DNA of 64,000 nucleotides from Candidatus Poribacteria bacterium (GTDB taxonomy: Bacteria; Poribacteria; WGA-4E; WGA-3G): positions 1,600,001 through 1,664,000 of the forward strand of contig OZ240248.1 of assembly GCA_965198235.1 (NCBI GenBank), written 5' to 3'. How positions within the stretch are numbered: the stretch's first letter is position 1; each line of letters begins with the position of its first letter. The translations under genes were made by a program, and so were the position numbers. This document shows positions 1-10,349 of the stretch, one piece after another. Under the pieces are notes generated by a model that was given only the letters and a program-made list of their open reading frames with translations, ran no database searches and had not been told where the DNA came from.

Positions 1-1038
1 ATGAATTTCACGCGCGGGTTCCGGCAGTGGGAATTCGTCAGGGGTCAAGCCGAAGATAGGTACCGGGGTGGTGCGCACGCCGATCCTACGCTGATTTCCC
101 GTTATCGAGGAAATCCCGAACGTATCCGTGCCCATATTGTGAACGTTCAACCTGAACGTCCAGAGGAGATGTGGCCCGCCGCGCGGTTGTTCCGTTCCGC
201 CATCGAATTCGTTGAACACAATCATCAGAATACTCCGTTTTACCTCTATGTTGATGGATTCACACCGCACGAAACATGGGAAGCACCTATCCATTACTAT
301 GATATCTATGGTAAGCGAGAAGACCGCGAGCCTATCTGTCTCAACCTCCCCTACGGTTCACTCAACGATGAGGAACTTGAGGAACGGTTGCCGAGCGTTA
401 AAGCCAACTACGCAGGTTTGGTAACGCTCGTAGATACTTGGTTTGGAAGGTTGGTGGATACGATTGATCGGCTTGGACTGCGTGAGAACACGCTCATCAT
501 GTTCCTCAGCGACCACGGCACCAACTTCGCAGAGAATCCAGACAAAGCCACTGGTAAACCGGCGAACTTTATGTACCCCGGCACGATGGACATCCCTTTA
601 ATGGTTAGCCATCCGTCAGGCGTTAACGCCGGCACGACGTGTGATGAATTCGTCTATACGCTTGATGTACCTGCCACCGTTATGGCAGCAAGCCAAGTTG
701 AACCTGCTGGCGAGATTCAAGGGCAGAGTTTGCTTCCGATCGTTGAAGGGAAAAACGATTTTACGTCGCGTGAATATCTGACCTGTCGCTATGTCAATTC
801 TGTTTGGTATAAAGATGCGAAGAGTTGGTATTTTTCCAGCGTCGACTTCCAACAAGATACACGCCTGTTTGATCTTGAGGCGGATGTCGCTTGTCAGCAT
901 AACATCGCTGATAAGGGTGCAGACCGGATTGCCCTCGCACAGGAGCGGATTTTGGCGGATGCCGGTGGACGCCTGCCTCACTACAAACGCCAAGGTAGAA
1001 CGGATGCCCTCGGCAGACCGCAGTTCGCGGAGGCATAG
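1..1038 (+). CDS. Sulfatase-family hydrolase, probably 5'-truncated by the window edge
   Basis: Sulfatase C-terminal motifs 'FTPHETW', 'YAGLVTLVDTWFGRL', 'FLSDHG', 'IPLMVSHP', 'LFDLEAD'; the CxPxR motif is not in the window. Confidence 0.8.
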   Translation: MNFTRGFRQWEFVRGQAEDRYRGGAHADPTLISRYRGNPERIRAHIVNVQPERPEEMWPAARLFRSAIEFVEHNHQNTPFYLYVDGFTPHETWEAPIHYYDIYGKREDREPICLNLPYGSLNDEELEERLPSVKANYAGLVTLVDTWFGRLVDTIDRLGLRENTLIMFLSDHGTNFAENPDKATGKPANFMYPGTMDIPLMVSHPSGVNAGTTCDEFVYTLDVPATVMAASQVEPAGEIQGQSLLPIVEGKNDFTSREYLTCRYVNSVWYKDAKSWYFSSVDFQQDTRLFDLEADVACQHNIADKGADRIALAQERILADAGGRLPHYKRQGRTDALGRPQFAEA

Positions 1039-1147
1039 TCTGTGCCCTGCTGCAGCACCGGTGGGAGGGGTTTGTAACCCCGAACTTTTCCGTAGTCTGT
1101 GCCCTGCTGCAGCACCGGTGGGAGGGGTTTGTAACCCCGAACTTTTC
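1036..1147 (+). repeat. Tandem duplication (57-bp period, 2 copies) carrying a REP-like hairpin GTGGGAGGGGTTTGTAACCCCGA
   Basis: Identical 55-mer at 1036-1090 and 1093-1147. Confidence 0.9.
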
Positions 1148-1255
1148 GATAAAGCGATTGCAACCTTAAACGCCTTGATTGATGAAGTGGATCCCGACGA
1201 ACAATACCCTCTCTATGACCTCCTTGATACATTGGGTGTAGAGCACCTGCGTTAG
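1148..1255 (+). pseudogene. Remnant of a HigA-type antitoxin N-terminal region
   Basis: Frame reads DKAIATLNALIDEVDPDEQYPLYDLLDTLG, resembling HigA 'LIDEVG..E.HPL..LLD.LG'; no start codon or HTH. Confidence 0.5.
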
Positions 1256-1282
1256 GTTATGAGAGGTTGCTAACTTTACCAG

Positions 1283-1375
1283 AAACCATTGCGTAATGAA
1301 ATTAGGTTTCCTTAAATGGCATAATTTGTCTTTGCTTTACATTTGGAGCAATGCTCAGAGGCAATCGTTTAAAAA
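1283..1375 (+). repeat. Family-A dispersed repeat, right arm, ending at the ATG of the next gene
   Basis: Near-identical to ~3857-3947; reverse-complement relatives at ~24450-24557 and ~27700-27785. Confidence 0.85.
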
Positions 1376-3250
1376 ATGCAAATCCGCTTCTCCGAACTCA
1401 GCCATCACCTATACGTTCATCACGGACATGTCAATACGGGTATCCTTCGTGATGGAGATCGTGCACTCCTCATTGATCCGAGTGGGACTACCCTCCACGC
1501 CACACTCGCGGAACTTGGGATCGCCAACGTCGAGCAGATTCTATTTACGCATCATCACCGTGATAGCACAGCAGGTTTCCCGATACCGGGGTCCCCACCC
1601 GTTACTGGAAAGGGGAAGCATGCTCGCGTCGGGGTTCCGGCGAAAGAGGCAGCGTGGTTTAGCGAGGTTGAAACCTTTTGGGACGATCCACAATACCGAT
1701 GGCACCTCTATAATTATCATCCCCACAATCTCATGCTTGCCAATGCTATCTCCGTGACGGATACATATACTGAGGGTGAACAGATTGAATGGGGTCCGGC
1801 ATCGCTGACGGTTCTTGAAACACCAGGGCATACCGATGGAAGTGTCACCTATCTTATTGATGTTGATGGGGGACGTTTCGCCTTCTCCGGCGATCTCATT
1901 TATGACAAGGGTAAGTTATGGGATCTTTATAGTTTACAAAAAGGGCAACAGACGAGTGACTATCACGGGTTTCTCGGTGCACGCGATGAGCTAACAGAGA
2001 GTCTTGGGAAGGTCCGCCGTGCATCACCAGCGGCACTCATTCCGACCCACGGTGTTGTCATGAGAGATCCTGATAGGGCAATAGATGCGCTTCTGAACCA
2101 GTTAGCGCACTGTTACGATAAATACGTCGCGATCTCTGCTCTCCGACACTACTTTCCGAAACTCTTTGCTGAATTTGAGGGACGTGCTGGACACATGCCT
2201 ATCCGAGAGGGCAAGCCACCACCTAAATTTTTGCGCCATTTCGGCACAACGTGGTTGATTATCTCCGAAAACGGTGAGGCGTTCGTGATGGATTGCGGTT
2301 CACCGAATGTTATCAAACAGATCCAGCAGTTACAAGCAAGCGGCGAAATTTCGGAAGTTACCCAATTTTGGGTAACGCACTACCATGACGATCATGTTGA
2401 TGCTATCCCTGAATTTCAAGCGACCTTCTCTTGTGAAACGATAACGGATTCAGTTGTCGCACGAGTCATCACAAATCCGATCGGTTTCCGGCTTCCCTGT
2501 ATTTCGCCTTCGGTTACGCGAGTGGATCGCATTACCCGTGATGGAGATTCTTGGCAGTGGAATGAGTTCACGATGACAGCATACCATTTTCCGGGACAAA
2601 CCTATTATCACGGTGGACTGCTTGTTAAGGGGCGCGGTGTTCGGATGTTCTTCGCAGGTGATTCCTTCACGATGGCAGGAATTGACGACTATTGTTCAGG
2701 GAATCGGAATTTGCTCGGTAAAAATGCCGGTTACGAAAAATGTCTAAGGCGTATTCAGCAGCTCAATCCGACGCATATCTTTAACTGCCATGTCGATCCA
2801 GCCTTTGATTTTACTGATGCCGAGATTCAGTGTATGCTGGACACACTTGCCGAACGTGAAAAATGCTATACCGCGCTCTTTCCTTGGGACCACGCGAACT
2901 ACGGCATGGACGAACATTGGGTCCGTTGTTATCCTTATGAACAGGAAGTCGCTCTTGGAGAAACGGCACAGTTACGCGTGGAGATAACGAATCATTCATC
3001 TGAGCCACGCACAGCAATTGCCCAACCGATCCTTCCGAGCGAGTGGAGTATCGAGCTTCCCTCAGTAGAAACAACGATTCCAGCGCGATCAGATGGTCAC
3101 ATCGATTTTTCTGTCCCGACTCCACTGCGTTGTGAGTGGGAGGGATTTGTAACCCCGACCGTAAGAATTGTCGTTCCAGTAGATATTACCTATGATACGC
3201 GTCCACTCGGTCAATTTCGAGAGGCAATCTTCGTTCTGACAGGAGGTTAG
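1376..3250 (+). CDS. Tandem metallo-beta-lactamase-fold hydrolase with C-terminal Ig-like extension
   Basis: Two MBL motif sets: THHHRDS/TPGHT/SGD/PTHG and THYHDDH/FPGQT/AGD/NCH. Confidence 0.8.
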   Translation: MQIRFSELSHHLYVHHGHVNTGILRDGDRALLIDPSGTTLHATLAELGIANVEQILFTHHHRDSTAGFPIPGSPPVTGKGKHARVGVPAKEAAWFSEVETFWDDPQYRWHLYNYHPHNLMLANAISVTDTYTEGEQIEWGPASLTVLETPGHTDGSVTYLIDVDGGRFAFSGDLIYDKGKLWDLYSLQKGQQTSDYHGFLGARDELTESLGKVRRASPAALIPTHGVVMRDPDRAIDALLNQLAHCYDKYVAISALRHYFPKLFAEFEGRAGHMPIREGKPPPKFLRHFGTTWLIISENGEAFVMDCGSPNVIKQIQQLQASGEISEVTQFWVTHYHDDHVDAIPEFQATFSCETITDSVVARVITNPIGFRLPCISPSVTRVDRITRDGDSWQWNEFTMTAYHFPGQTYYHGGLLVKGRGVRMFFAGDSFTMAGIDDYCSGNRNLLGKNAGYEKCLRRIQQLNPTHIFNCHVDPAFDFTDAEIQCMLDTLAEREKCYTALFPWDHANYGMDEHWVRCYPYEQEVALGETAQLRVEITNHSSEPRTAIAQPILPSEWSIELPSVETTIPARSDGHIDFSVPTPLRCEWEGFVTPTVRIVVPVDITYDTRPLGQFREAIFVLTGG

Positions 3251-3256
3251 AAACCC

Positions 3257-3676
3257 GTGCTAAACTTATCGCATCCCACCATCGACATCGCTATTACCTG
3301 TAGCGACTTTGCAGCGTCGTTGGACTTCTATCATAACAAGTTAGGGCTTGAAATCGTGTTAGAGTTAGAGATTCCAGATGACCTCGCGCGCGGTGTAGGG
3401 CTTGCCCCGACCGGTTTTCGCCAGGTCCGCCTTAAAGCTGGCAACACGCTCATCAAACTGATGGATATTGAATCGCCACCGCCGACACCAGCAGACGGAT
3501 TCTCGGCAGGTGTCCGTTGGCTTACCTTTTTTGTAGAGGATATTCAGGGAACCGTCGAAGGCTTAAAACAGAATGGTGTTGAATTTCTGTCCGAACCGAT
3601 AAGCGCACCAGACGCAGTAGGCGTTGCGTGTGCGAAGGACCCGGATGGCATTCTGGTTGAACTGGTCCAAATTTGA
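3257..3676 (+). CDS. VOC/glyoxalase family protein
   Basis: 'SLDFYHNKLGL', 'LTFFVEDI', 'KDPDGILVELVQ'; GGAGG upstream of GTG. Confidence 0.85.
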   Translation: MLNLSHPTIDIAITCSDFAASLDFYHNKLGLEIVLELEIPDDLARGVGLAPTGFRQVRLKAGNTLIKLMDIESPPPTPADGFSAGVRWLTFFVEDIQGTVEGLKQNGVEFLSEPISAPDAVGVACAKDPDGILVELVQI

Positions 3677-3717
3677 CCATACGCGGTCGAATTTCGCATT
3701 TACATTATATAAGAGGT

Positions 3718-3947
3718 TTTTAATTTATTGAATATGGGCGTTATTCCTCTACAGAGATATTGAAGAAATCCGCAGGGAAATCCGCAGAAATGCCCTATCA
3801 AAAACCCCAAGCAAAAACCCCCTACGGGGTTCAGTCCCCGTTGAAATTGACCGGGAACCATTGCGTAATGAAATTAGGTTTCCTTAAATGGCATAATTTG
3901 TCTTTGCTTTACATTTGGAGCAATGCCCAGGAGCAATCATTTAAAAA
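3718..3947. repeat. Composite family-A element containing a family-B (AATCCGCAG...CCCAAGCAAAAA) insert
   Basis: Right arm matches 1283-1375; internal block matches 29220-29310 and 31245-31285. Confidence 0.75.
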
Positions 3948-4826
3948 ATGAAAACATTGACTGATTCGCAAATCCTCGATTTTAATGAGAACGGTTATCT
4001 GTTAATCGAAGATGCCCTTGCTCCAGACGATCTAAATCCGCTTATCGTGGAATTTGAAGAAATTGTTGATACGGGAGCATCAGAACTCTACGCAGAAGGT
4101 GAGCTTGATTCCGAATTCAAAACGGAAGGATTTAATACCCGCTTGGCAAAAATTACGGCGCAGTCTCCTGTCTTGTTTCAGAAGTTGTTCAGTGGTGCAC
4201 ACACAGGACCGGCACTCTTTGACCTGCTCATCAATCCGAAGCTGCTTGACCTCGCTGAGTCGCTCGTCGGGCCGGAAATTATGTGCCATCCCGCCTACCG
4301 GGTTCGTCCCAAGCTCCCTGAGCACGACCGGACCCTCGTTCCATGGCATCAAGACGCTGGCTATATGGAGCCTAAATGTGATTCTGTCTTGCAACTCACG
4401 ATCTGGATTCCGCTGATAGATGCTACCGTTGAAAACGGATGTTTGGAGGTCATCCCGCATGTCCATCGGGATGGCGTTTTCCGGCATCAGAGTGTTCCGG
4501 GACGTTTCTATCTTGAGATACCACCAGATGAATTGCCTGAAGTCGAACCCGTAGTAGTTCCTGTCAAGTTTGGCAGCATTCTTCTACTTACCAATCTGAC
4601 CCCGCACCGTTCCATTCCGAATGTCAGTCATCAAGTCCGATGGAGTGTTGATTCTCGCTATCAGGACACCGCAAAACCGACCGGCTATCAACCGGAAGCA
4701 GGCTTTCTCGCGCGGAGCCGGATGCACCCTGAAGATGTTGTTACCACGCCTGAGAAATTTAAACGTGTTCGCGATGAACATCAACCCGGTCCTGGTCCAA
4801 ATCGGTGGGCAAAGAAGGTCCGTTAA
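3948..4826 (+). CDS. Phytanoyl-CoA dioxygenase (PhyH) family 2OG-Fe(II) dioxygenase
   Basis: 'PWHQDAGY', 'WIPLIDATVENGCLEVIP', 'HRSIPN..R'. Confidence 0.9.
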   Translation: MKTLTDSQILDFNENGYLLIEDALAPDDLNPLIVEFEEIVDTGASELYAEGELDSEFKTEGFNTRLAKITAQSPVLFQKLFSGAHTGPALFDLLINPKLLDLAESLVGPEIMCHPAYRVRPKLPEHDRTLVPWHQDAGYMEPKCDSVLQLTIWIPLIDATVENGCLEVIPHVHRDGVFRHQSVPGRFYLEIPPDELPEVEPVVVPVKFGSILLLTNLTPHRSIPNVSHQVRWSVDSRYQDTAKPTGYQPEAGFLARSRMHPEDVVTTPEKFKRVRDEHQPGPGPNRWAKKVR

Positions 4827-4976
4827 CTATGGCGGCTTCCGCTCGGTTTTTCTCTGTTTTGATCATCAACTCGTGCCTTTATAAAATGTGGAAGACGAGT
4901 TGATGGTCAAGAAAAACCGGTTTCTGCCTAAATCGGAACAGGACTGGAAACAATTCAGTTTTTCTGAAGGAGACGA

Positions 4977-5471
4977 ATGATGCGTAATTTACAGGGGTTG
5001 TCCCTATTTTTTATCGTGCTAATTCTATTCATGAGTGGAGCTACACCTCCAACCGAAGAACAGAAACCGCGAGAGGTTGAACTCCGAGGCAAAATCGTCT
5101 GCTTAGCGGAGGAGATGCACACCCACTATGGTGTAGAACTCTTTAAAACCCACGATCATCTATACGGTGTCAAAACTGAAGATGGCAAATACTACACCCT
5201 CCTACGGACATCGCTGGCGGAGGCATTCTTTGTTGACGAGCAATTGCATGAGAAAGATCTGATTATCAACAGTCGCGTCTTTCCCAAAACGCAACTACTG
5301 GAGGTAATCCGATTTTACGCTATCAAAGATGGGGTTGTACATGAACTCTACTACTACTGCGACACGTGCTACATCCGAGCGGTTGCCCCGGGGAATTGCG
5401 ACTGCTGTCAGGCACCGGTTGTGTTAATAGAGAAACCTCTAAATGTCGATTCTACAATACCGTCACCGTAG
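4977..5471 (+). CDS. Secreted hypothetical protein with C-terminal Cys cluster (putative metal binding)
   Basis: Signal-peptide-like N-terminus; 'YYYCDTC...GNCDCCQ'. Confidence 0.6.
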   Translation: MMRNLQGLSLFFIVLILFMSGATPPTEEQKPREVELRGKIVCLAEEMHTHYGVELFKTHDHLYGVKTEDGKYYTLLRTSLAEAFFVDEQLHEKDLIINSRVFPKTQLLEVIRFYAIKDGVVHELYYYCDTCYIRAVAPGNCDCCQAPVVLIEKPLNVDSTIPSP

Positions 5472-5477
5472 GAACAT

Positions 5478-5631
5478 TTTTAAATAATTGATCCCTGGGG
5501 CCTCGTTCCACTACGTTTCACGAGGGTTTTCGGTGAAGTTAAGCCACTCCATTGACGGAAGCACGACTCGACTTAACCAAGAACCGTTGCGAAATGTAAT
5601 GGAGCAACGACCAGATTTAATAGGTAAAAAA
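5478..5631. repeat. Family-A palindromic element ending at the ATG at 5632
   Basis: Left arm CGTTCCACTACGTTTCACGAGGGTTTTCGGTGAAGT pairs imperfectly with right arm ACTTAACCAAGAACCGTTGCGAAATGTAATGGAGC. Confidence 0.75.
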
Positions 5632-6825
5632 ATGGAAAAACGACCTAAAATCGCCGCGATTGCGACGATTTATCACAAATACTCGCACACACAGCACATC
5701 GTCGATCGATTCTTGGAAGGCTATGGGTGGAACAGCCGACATCATCACCCGCCGATGGATCTCGTTTCCCTTTTCGTCGAACAGATCAAGGACAACGACC
5801 TCAGTCGCGAACGTCTGGAACGTTTCCCTACGGTGAAGGGATATCCTACAATCGCGGAGGCACTCACCCTCGGAGGTGAGGAACTCGCAGTCGACGGTGT
5901 CTTAATCATCGGTGAACACGGCGAATATCCAACCAACGAAAAAGGACAACGTTTCTATCCGCGCTATGAACACTTCATGCAGATCGCTGAGGTTTATGAA
6001 AAGAATGGACGCGGTGTGCCGACCTTTAACGACAAACACCTCTCATGGAACTGGGAGTGGGCGCGCGAGATGTACGACATTTCCCAGTCTATGGGCTTCG
6101 CGTTTATGGCAGGCTCGTCCCTGCCTGTTACGTGGCGCACACCTTCCATTGACATGCCGCTCGGTGTACCCGTTTCAGAGGCAGTATGTGTCGGCTACGG
6201 TGGTGTAGATAGTTATGATTTCCACGCGCTGGAAACCTTGCAGTGTATGGTAGAGCGGCGCGAAGACGGTGAGAGTGGGGTCAAATGGCTGCAAGCGTAT
6301 CGCGGCGACGCGTTTTGGGAGGCACATCACACCGAACTCTGGTCGCGAGAACTCTTTGAAGCTGCCCTCTGTCGGAGTCATACCCTTACACCATCACGTT
6401 CTGGGTTTAACAATCCTTTTCCGAATCTTGATGAGTTGAAGGAGATCGTGAAAGACCCAATAGCGTATCAATACGAACACAACGACGGACTCAAGTCTAC
6501 CATGATTCTGATGAACGGATTAGTCCAGGATTTCAACTTTGCCGCTTATATCGGGTCGGACAACGAGATTCTTTCAACACAGATGTATCTCCCGATGCCA
6601 CCCGCACGGACAACGTTGGCAAACTTCTTTTCGCCGCTGGTTAACAATATCGAAAAGATGTTCTTGACAGGTGAGGCAACCTATCCCGTTGAACGTACGT
6701 TATTGACGACGGGACTTGTTGCGGCAGGCGTTGACAGTCTCTTTGCTGATAGCACACGGCAGGAGACCCCTCATTTAGGCATTGCATATCAACCCACTGA
6801 AGCGTCAACTTTCTGGAGGACCTGA
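5632..6825 (+). CDS. Uncharacterised Gfo/Idh/MocA-like oxidoreductase (paralog 1)
   Basis: 'GVLIIGEHGEYP', 'FNDKHLS', 'AGSSLPVTWR'; start moved to MEKRPK because the upstream extension is repeat DNA. Confidence 0.65.
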   Translation: MEKRPKIAAIATIYHKYSHTQHIVDRFLEGYGWNSRHHHPPMDLVSLFVEQIKDNDLSRERLERFPTVKGYPTIAEALTLGGEELAVDGVLIIGEHGEYPTNEKGQRFYPRYEHFMQIAEVYEKNGRGVPTFNDKHLSWNWEWAREMYDISQSMGFAFMAGSSLPVTWRTPSIDMPLGVPVSEAVCVGYGGVDSYDFHALETLQCMVERREDGESGVKWLQAYRGDAFWEAHHTELWSRELFEAALCRSHTLTPSRSGFNNPFPNLDELKEIVKDPIAYQYEHNDGLKSTMILMNGLVQDFNFAAYIGSDNEILSTQMYLPMPPARTTLANFFSPLVNNIEKMFLTGEATYPVERTLLTTGLVAAGVDSLFADSTRQETPHLGIAYQPTEASTFWRT

Positions 6826-6829
6826 GGTT

Positions 6830-8011
6830 ATGAGAACAAAAAGGATTGCCGTTATCGCTACTATCTACCGTTATCTATCGCACGCGCAGCACTTCGCTGA
6901 CCGGTTTCTTGTCGGCTATCCGACTGAGGGGAGATGGCATCATCCGGATATGAAAGTCGTCTCGTTGTTCGTTGACCAGAAGCCGGAAGGTGACCAGAGT
7001 TTGGATCGTGCCAGAGAGTTCGGTTTTTCTGTCTACCCCACTATTGCCGAGGCACTCCGTTGTGGTGGTGATGAGATTGCTGTTGACGCGGTGCTACTCA
7101 TCGGGGAACATGGTGATTACCCGCACAATGAAATGAACCAGGTCCTGTATCCGCGGTACGAATTTTTCAAAGAATGTGTCAAAGTCTTTGAGGCAGATGG
7201 ACGTGCCGTGCCTATCTATAACGACAAGCACCTCTCTTATAGTTTTGAGAAAGCGAAGGAGATGGTGGAGGATGGACATCGGCTCGGTTTTGGCGTGCTT
7301 GCAGGGTCATCGTTACCCGTCACGTGGCGGTTGCCGGATGTGGAATTGCCGTTAGAGTGTGAGATAGAGGAGGCACTCATGGTAGGCGTTGGAGGCTCGG
7401 ATCCGATGGATTATCACGCCTTGGAGGCGATGCAATGCATGATAGAACGCCGAAAGGGTGGGGAAACCGGGGTCGCCGCTGTGCAACTCATTGACGGTGA
7501 TGCTGTCTGGGAAGCCGGTGAGAAAGGCAACTGGTCACACGCACTCTTGGAAGCGGCACTCTCTCGAAGCGATACGCCCTGCGGTTTAACCGATGAGGAC
7601 GGCAGAACGCAAGATCTGCTCGGTACGGGTGAACTTCAGCGGCTTGTCGAAAATCCGTCCGCCTATTTCATTGAATATAACGACGGATTGAAAGCGACAC
7701 TTCTGATGCTCAATGGGGCAGTGCGGGATTACTGCTTCGCCGCGCAGCTAAAGGATGAACCGGTACCAGTGTCAACCCAGTTTTTCTTAACGCCGACCCC
7801 GAACGTTACTTATTCAGCATGTCTTATCGCTAAGATTGAGGAGCTTTTTGAAACGGGTGTCGCACCGTATCCAGCAGAACGAACGTTATTGGTGAGTGGT
7901 GCCTTGGAGAGTTGTCTAACCTCGCGGATTCAAGGGCATGTTAGGTTGGAAACTCCGCATCTTAATGTTGAATACCATGCCCCTGCGGAATCACAGTATG
8001 CACGGCGGTGA
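6830..8011 (+). CDS. Uncharacterised Gfo/Idh/MocA-like oxidoreductase (paralog 2)
   Basis: Same motifs as the upstream gene ('LLIGEHGDYP', 'YNDKHLS', 'AGSSLPVTWR'); GAGG before ATG 6830. Confidence 0.65.
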   Translation: MRTKRIAVIATIYRYLSHAQHFADRFLVGYPTEGRWHHPDMKVVSLFVDQKPEGDQSLDRAREFGFSVYPTIAEALRCGGDEIAVDAVLLIGEHGDYPHNEMNQVLYPRYEFFKECVKVFEADGRAVPIYNDKHLSYSFEKAKEMVEDGHRLGFGVLAGSSLPVTWRLPDVELPLECEIEEALMVGVGGSDPMDYHALEAMQCMIERRKGGETGVAAVQLIDGDAVWEAGEKGNWSHALLEAALSRSDTPCGLTDEDGRTQDLLGTGELQRLVENPSAYFIEYNDGLKATLLMLNGAVRDYCFAAQLKDEPVPVSTQFFLTPTPNVTYSACLIAKIEELFETGVAPYPAERTLLVSGALESCLTSRIQGHVRLETPHLNVEYHAPAESQYARR

Positions 8012-8039
8012 AATGTAAGGGCGGGGACCTGGACCCGCC

Positions 8040-8187
8040 CATTTATTTCGCCTTTCCCAATCCGCGCTTTTACGCCTTCGGGTAAGTGCCGTAAATGCCA
8101 ATCTTGTGTATCTTGCGAGATAGTATTTTGCGGAACAACACATATCGCGAATCCAATCGCTAAAATTAGAACCAATGTTTTTTGCAT
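8040..8187 (-). pseudogene. Truncated duplicate of the WD40 gene N-terminus
   Basis: MQKTLVLILAIGFAICVVPQNTISQDTQDWHLRHLPEGVKARIGKG parallels the start of the 8349-10349 protein; homology ends at a REP-like hairpin (~8013-8042). Confidence 0.75.
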
Positions 8188-8348
8188 GAGAAAGTTTTCC
8201 TTTTTCGGTAGGGATTGTTTGTAATTTAATCGTAACATGAGTTAGCGACAAAAAAGGATATGATTATTGGCTATCGGCTTTCAGTTGTCAGCCATCAGTG
8301 GTAGTAAATCGGGCTTACAAAGACCTCCTACAATATGAGGTACACAGT

Positions 8349-10349
8349 CTAATCCACATTATCAGATGTAAGATCCCACAACAACACGATGCCATCCCAA
8401 CTTGCACTCGCCAGCGTTTTTCCATTCGGACTGAATGCTATTGCAATAACAGCATTCCGATGTGCATCCAGGGTCCGAAGATGTGTGCCAGTTTCCACAT
8501 CCCACAGACGAATAGTTCTGTCCAAACCCGAACTTGCCAGTATCTTTCCATCCGGACTGAAAGCGATACTATAGACATTTCCCTGATGCGCTTCTATCGT
8601 CCGAATCAGTTCACCAGACCCTGGATTCCAGAAACGCACGGTCTGGTCCGTACTGCAACTCGCCAGTATCTTTCCATCCGGACTAAATGCTACGCCATTT
8701 ACAGAATCACTATGTTTGTCCAAAGTAAAAAGAGGGGTACCCGTCTGCACATCCCATACACGCAAAATTTCATCATCACTCGCGCTTGCTAACAGTGAAC
8801 TGTCCGGGCTGAATGCTATGCGATAGACATGTTCCCCGGGATCTAACGCCATGAGTAGACTTTTACGTAGCTTTTGTGCTGCTTCCTTATCACCTTTTAG
8901 CATTCGATCACGCAGCTTTTGTATCTCTTCCGGACTAGGCAATTTTTGATGTTTTGACATCATACGTATAGGTTTTCGTGTTTGCCTATCCCACAAATAG
9001 ATGGTGTTTTGACGACTTGCACTCGCCAGTGTTTTGCCATCCGGGCTGAATGCAACGGTTGTGATATCTGCATCTGCATTATGCCCCATCAACGGCGGCA
9101 GTTTTATGCCTGTTTTTATATCCCACAATTTCACGGTCTTGTCCCAACCGCTACTTGCCAGTGTCTTTCCATCTGGACTGAATGCGACGTTTGCTCTAAG
9201 GTAGATATCGCTTTCCAGCGGCGGAAGCGGTGCCCCTGTCTGCGCATTCCAGAAATAAACGGTATTATCCCAAGTGCCACCTGCCAGCGTTTTGCCGTCC
9301 GGACTGAATGCAAGGCTATGTACATCCATCATCGTATGCTCTACTATCTTTTGAAGTTCTTTACCGGTTTCCACATCCCACAACCGCACGGTGTCGTCCA
9401 TGCTACCGCTCATCAGCATCTTCCCATCCGGGCTAAATAGAACGCGCTCGCTACCCCATTCATGCCCAGACACCACCCGCAGATGTGCCCCTGTCTGCAC
9501 ATCCCATAGACGGATGGTCTTGTCGGCACTTGTACTCGCCAATGTCTTCCCATCTGGACTGAACGCGATACCTTCAACAATAGCACTATGCTCAGTCAAC
9601 GTCTGAAGAGTCTCACCGGTCTGCACATTCCACAAACGCACGCTTCGATCCTGATTTGCACTCGCGAGTGTCTCCCCATCCGGACTGAATACTACGGTAT
9701 AAACATCGCCCTGATGCCCTGTTAGCGTCCGAACAGAATTTCCCGTTTGCGCATCCCACAGACGAACGGTTTTGTCCGAACCCGAACTTGCCAGTGTTTC
9801 TCCATCCGGACTAAACGCTACGCTTGTGACACCACCTTCATGTGCTGCCAGCACCCGAAGATTTGTGCCGGTTTCCACATCCCACAGACGAATGGTCTCG
9901 TCTACACTGCCACTTGCCAGCATCTTCCCGTCCGGACTGAATGCTACACTTGTGGTAAATTCTTCATGTCCTTGCATCGTCCGAAGTTCAGCACCCGTCT
10001 GTGCATTCCATAAACGGACGGTGCGGTCTTCACTTGTGCTTGCCAATATCTTCCCATCTGGGCTAAACGCTACGCTCAATACCCAATGCGTATGCCCTGT
10101 CAACAGATTAAGTATTTTGCCTGTCTCTACGTCATACATCCAAATACCGATGCTACCCGCGACCGCTAAACGTTTTCCATCAGCGGAACTCGCTATCTTT
10201 CCTGTTAACGAACCTTTGCCGTGCCGTGCTTTCACGCCTTTGGGTAAATACCGTAAATACAAATCCTGTGGGTCTTGTGCTATGGTATTTTGAGGAATAA
10301 CACATATCGCCAGTCCAATCACTAAAATGAAAGTCAGTGTATTTTTCAT
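8349..10349 (-). CDS. Secreted WD40-repeat beta-propeller protein
   Basis: Many 'GH...V.SVAFSPDG..LAS.S.D.TVRLWD' repeats; signal peptide from MKNTLT. Confidence 0.93.
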   Translation of the reverse strand: MKNTLTFILVIGLAICVIPQNTIAQDPQDLYLRYLPKGVKARHGKGSLTGKIASSADGKRLAVAGSIGIWMYDVETGKILNLLTGHTHWVLSVAFSPDGKILASTSEDRTVRLWNAQTGAELRTMQGHEEFTTSVAFSPDGKMLASGSVDETIRLWDVETGTNLRVLAAHEGGVTSVAFSPDGETLASSGSDKTVRLWDAQTGNSVRTLTGHQGDVYTVVFSPDGETLASANQDRSVRLWNVQTGETLQTLTEHSAIVEGIAFSPDGKTLASTSADKTIRLWDVQTGAHLRVVSGHEWGSERVLFSPDGKMLMSGSMDDTVRLWDVETGKELQKIVEHTMMDVHSLAFSPDGKTLAGGTWDNTVYFWNAQTGAPLPPLESDIYLRANVAFSPDGKTLASSGWDKTVKLWDIKTGIKLPPLMGHNADADITTVAFSPDGKTLASASRQNTIYLWDRQTRKPIRMMSKHQKLPSPEEIQKLRDRMLKGDKEAAQKLRKSLLMALDPGEHVYRIAFSPDSSLLASASDDEILRVWDVQTGTPLFTLDKHSDSVNGVAFSPDGKILASCSTDQTVRFWNPGSGELIRTIEAHQGNVYSIAFSPDGKILASSGLDRTIRLWDVETGTHLRTLDAHRNAVIAIAFSPNGKTLASASWDGIVLLWDLTSDNVD

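Noticed and set aside
1036-1147. Possible mini-CRISPR
   Set aside because: Only two copies separated by 2 bp, no unique spacer and no cas genes
791-1757. ORFs 791-1255 and 1296-1757, and N-terminal extensions of ORFs 5488, 27696, 37638, 39917 and 52723
   Set aside because: They are translations of repeat DNA or alternative frames; better starts lie downstream
8298-10293. Long plus-strand ORFs with periodic peptides
   Set aside because: Antisense shadows of the WD40 repeats
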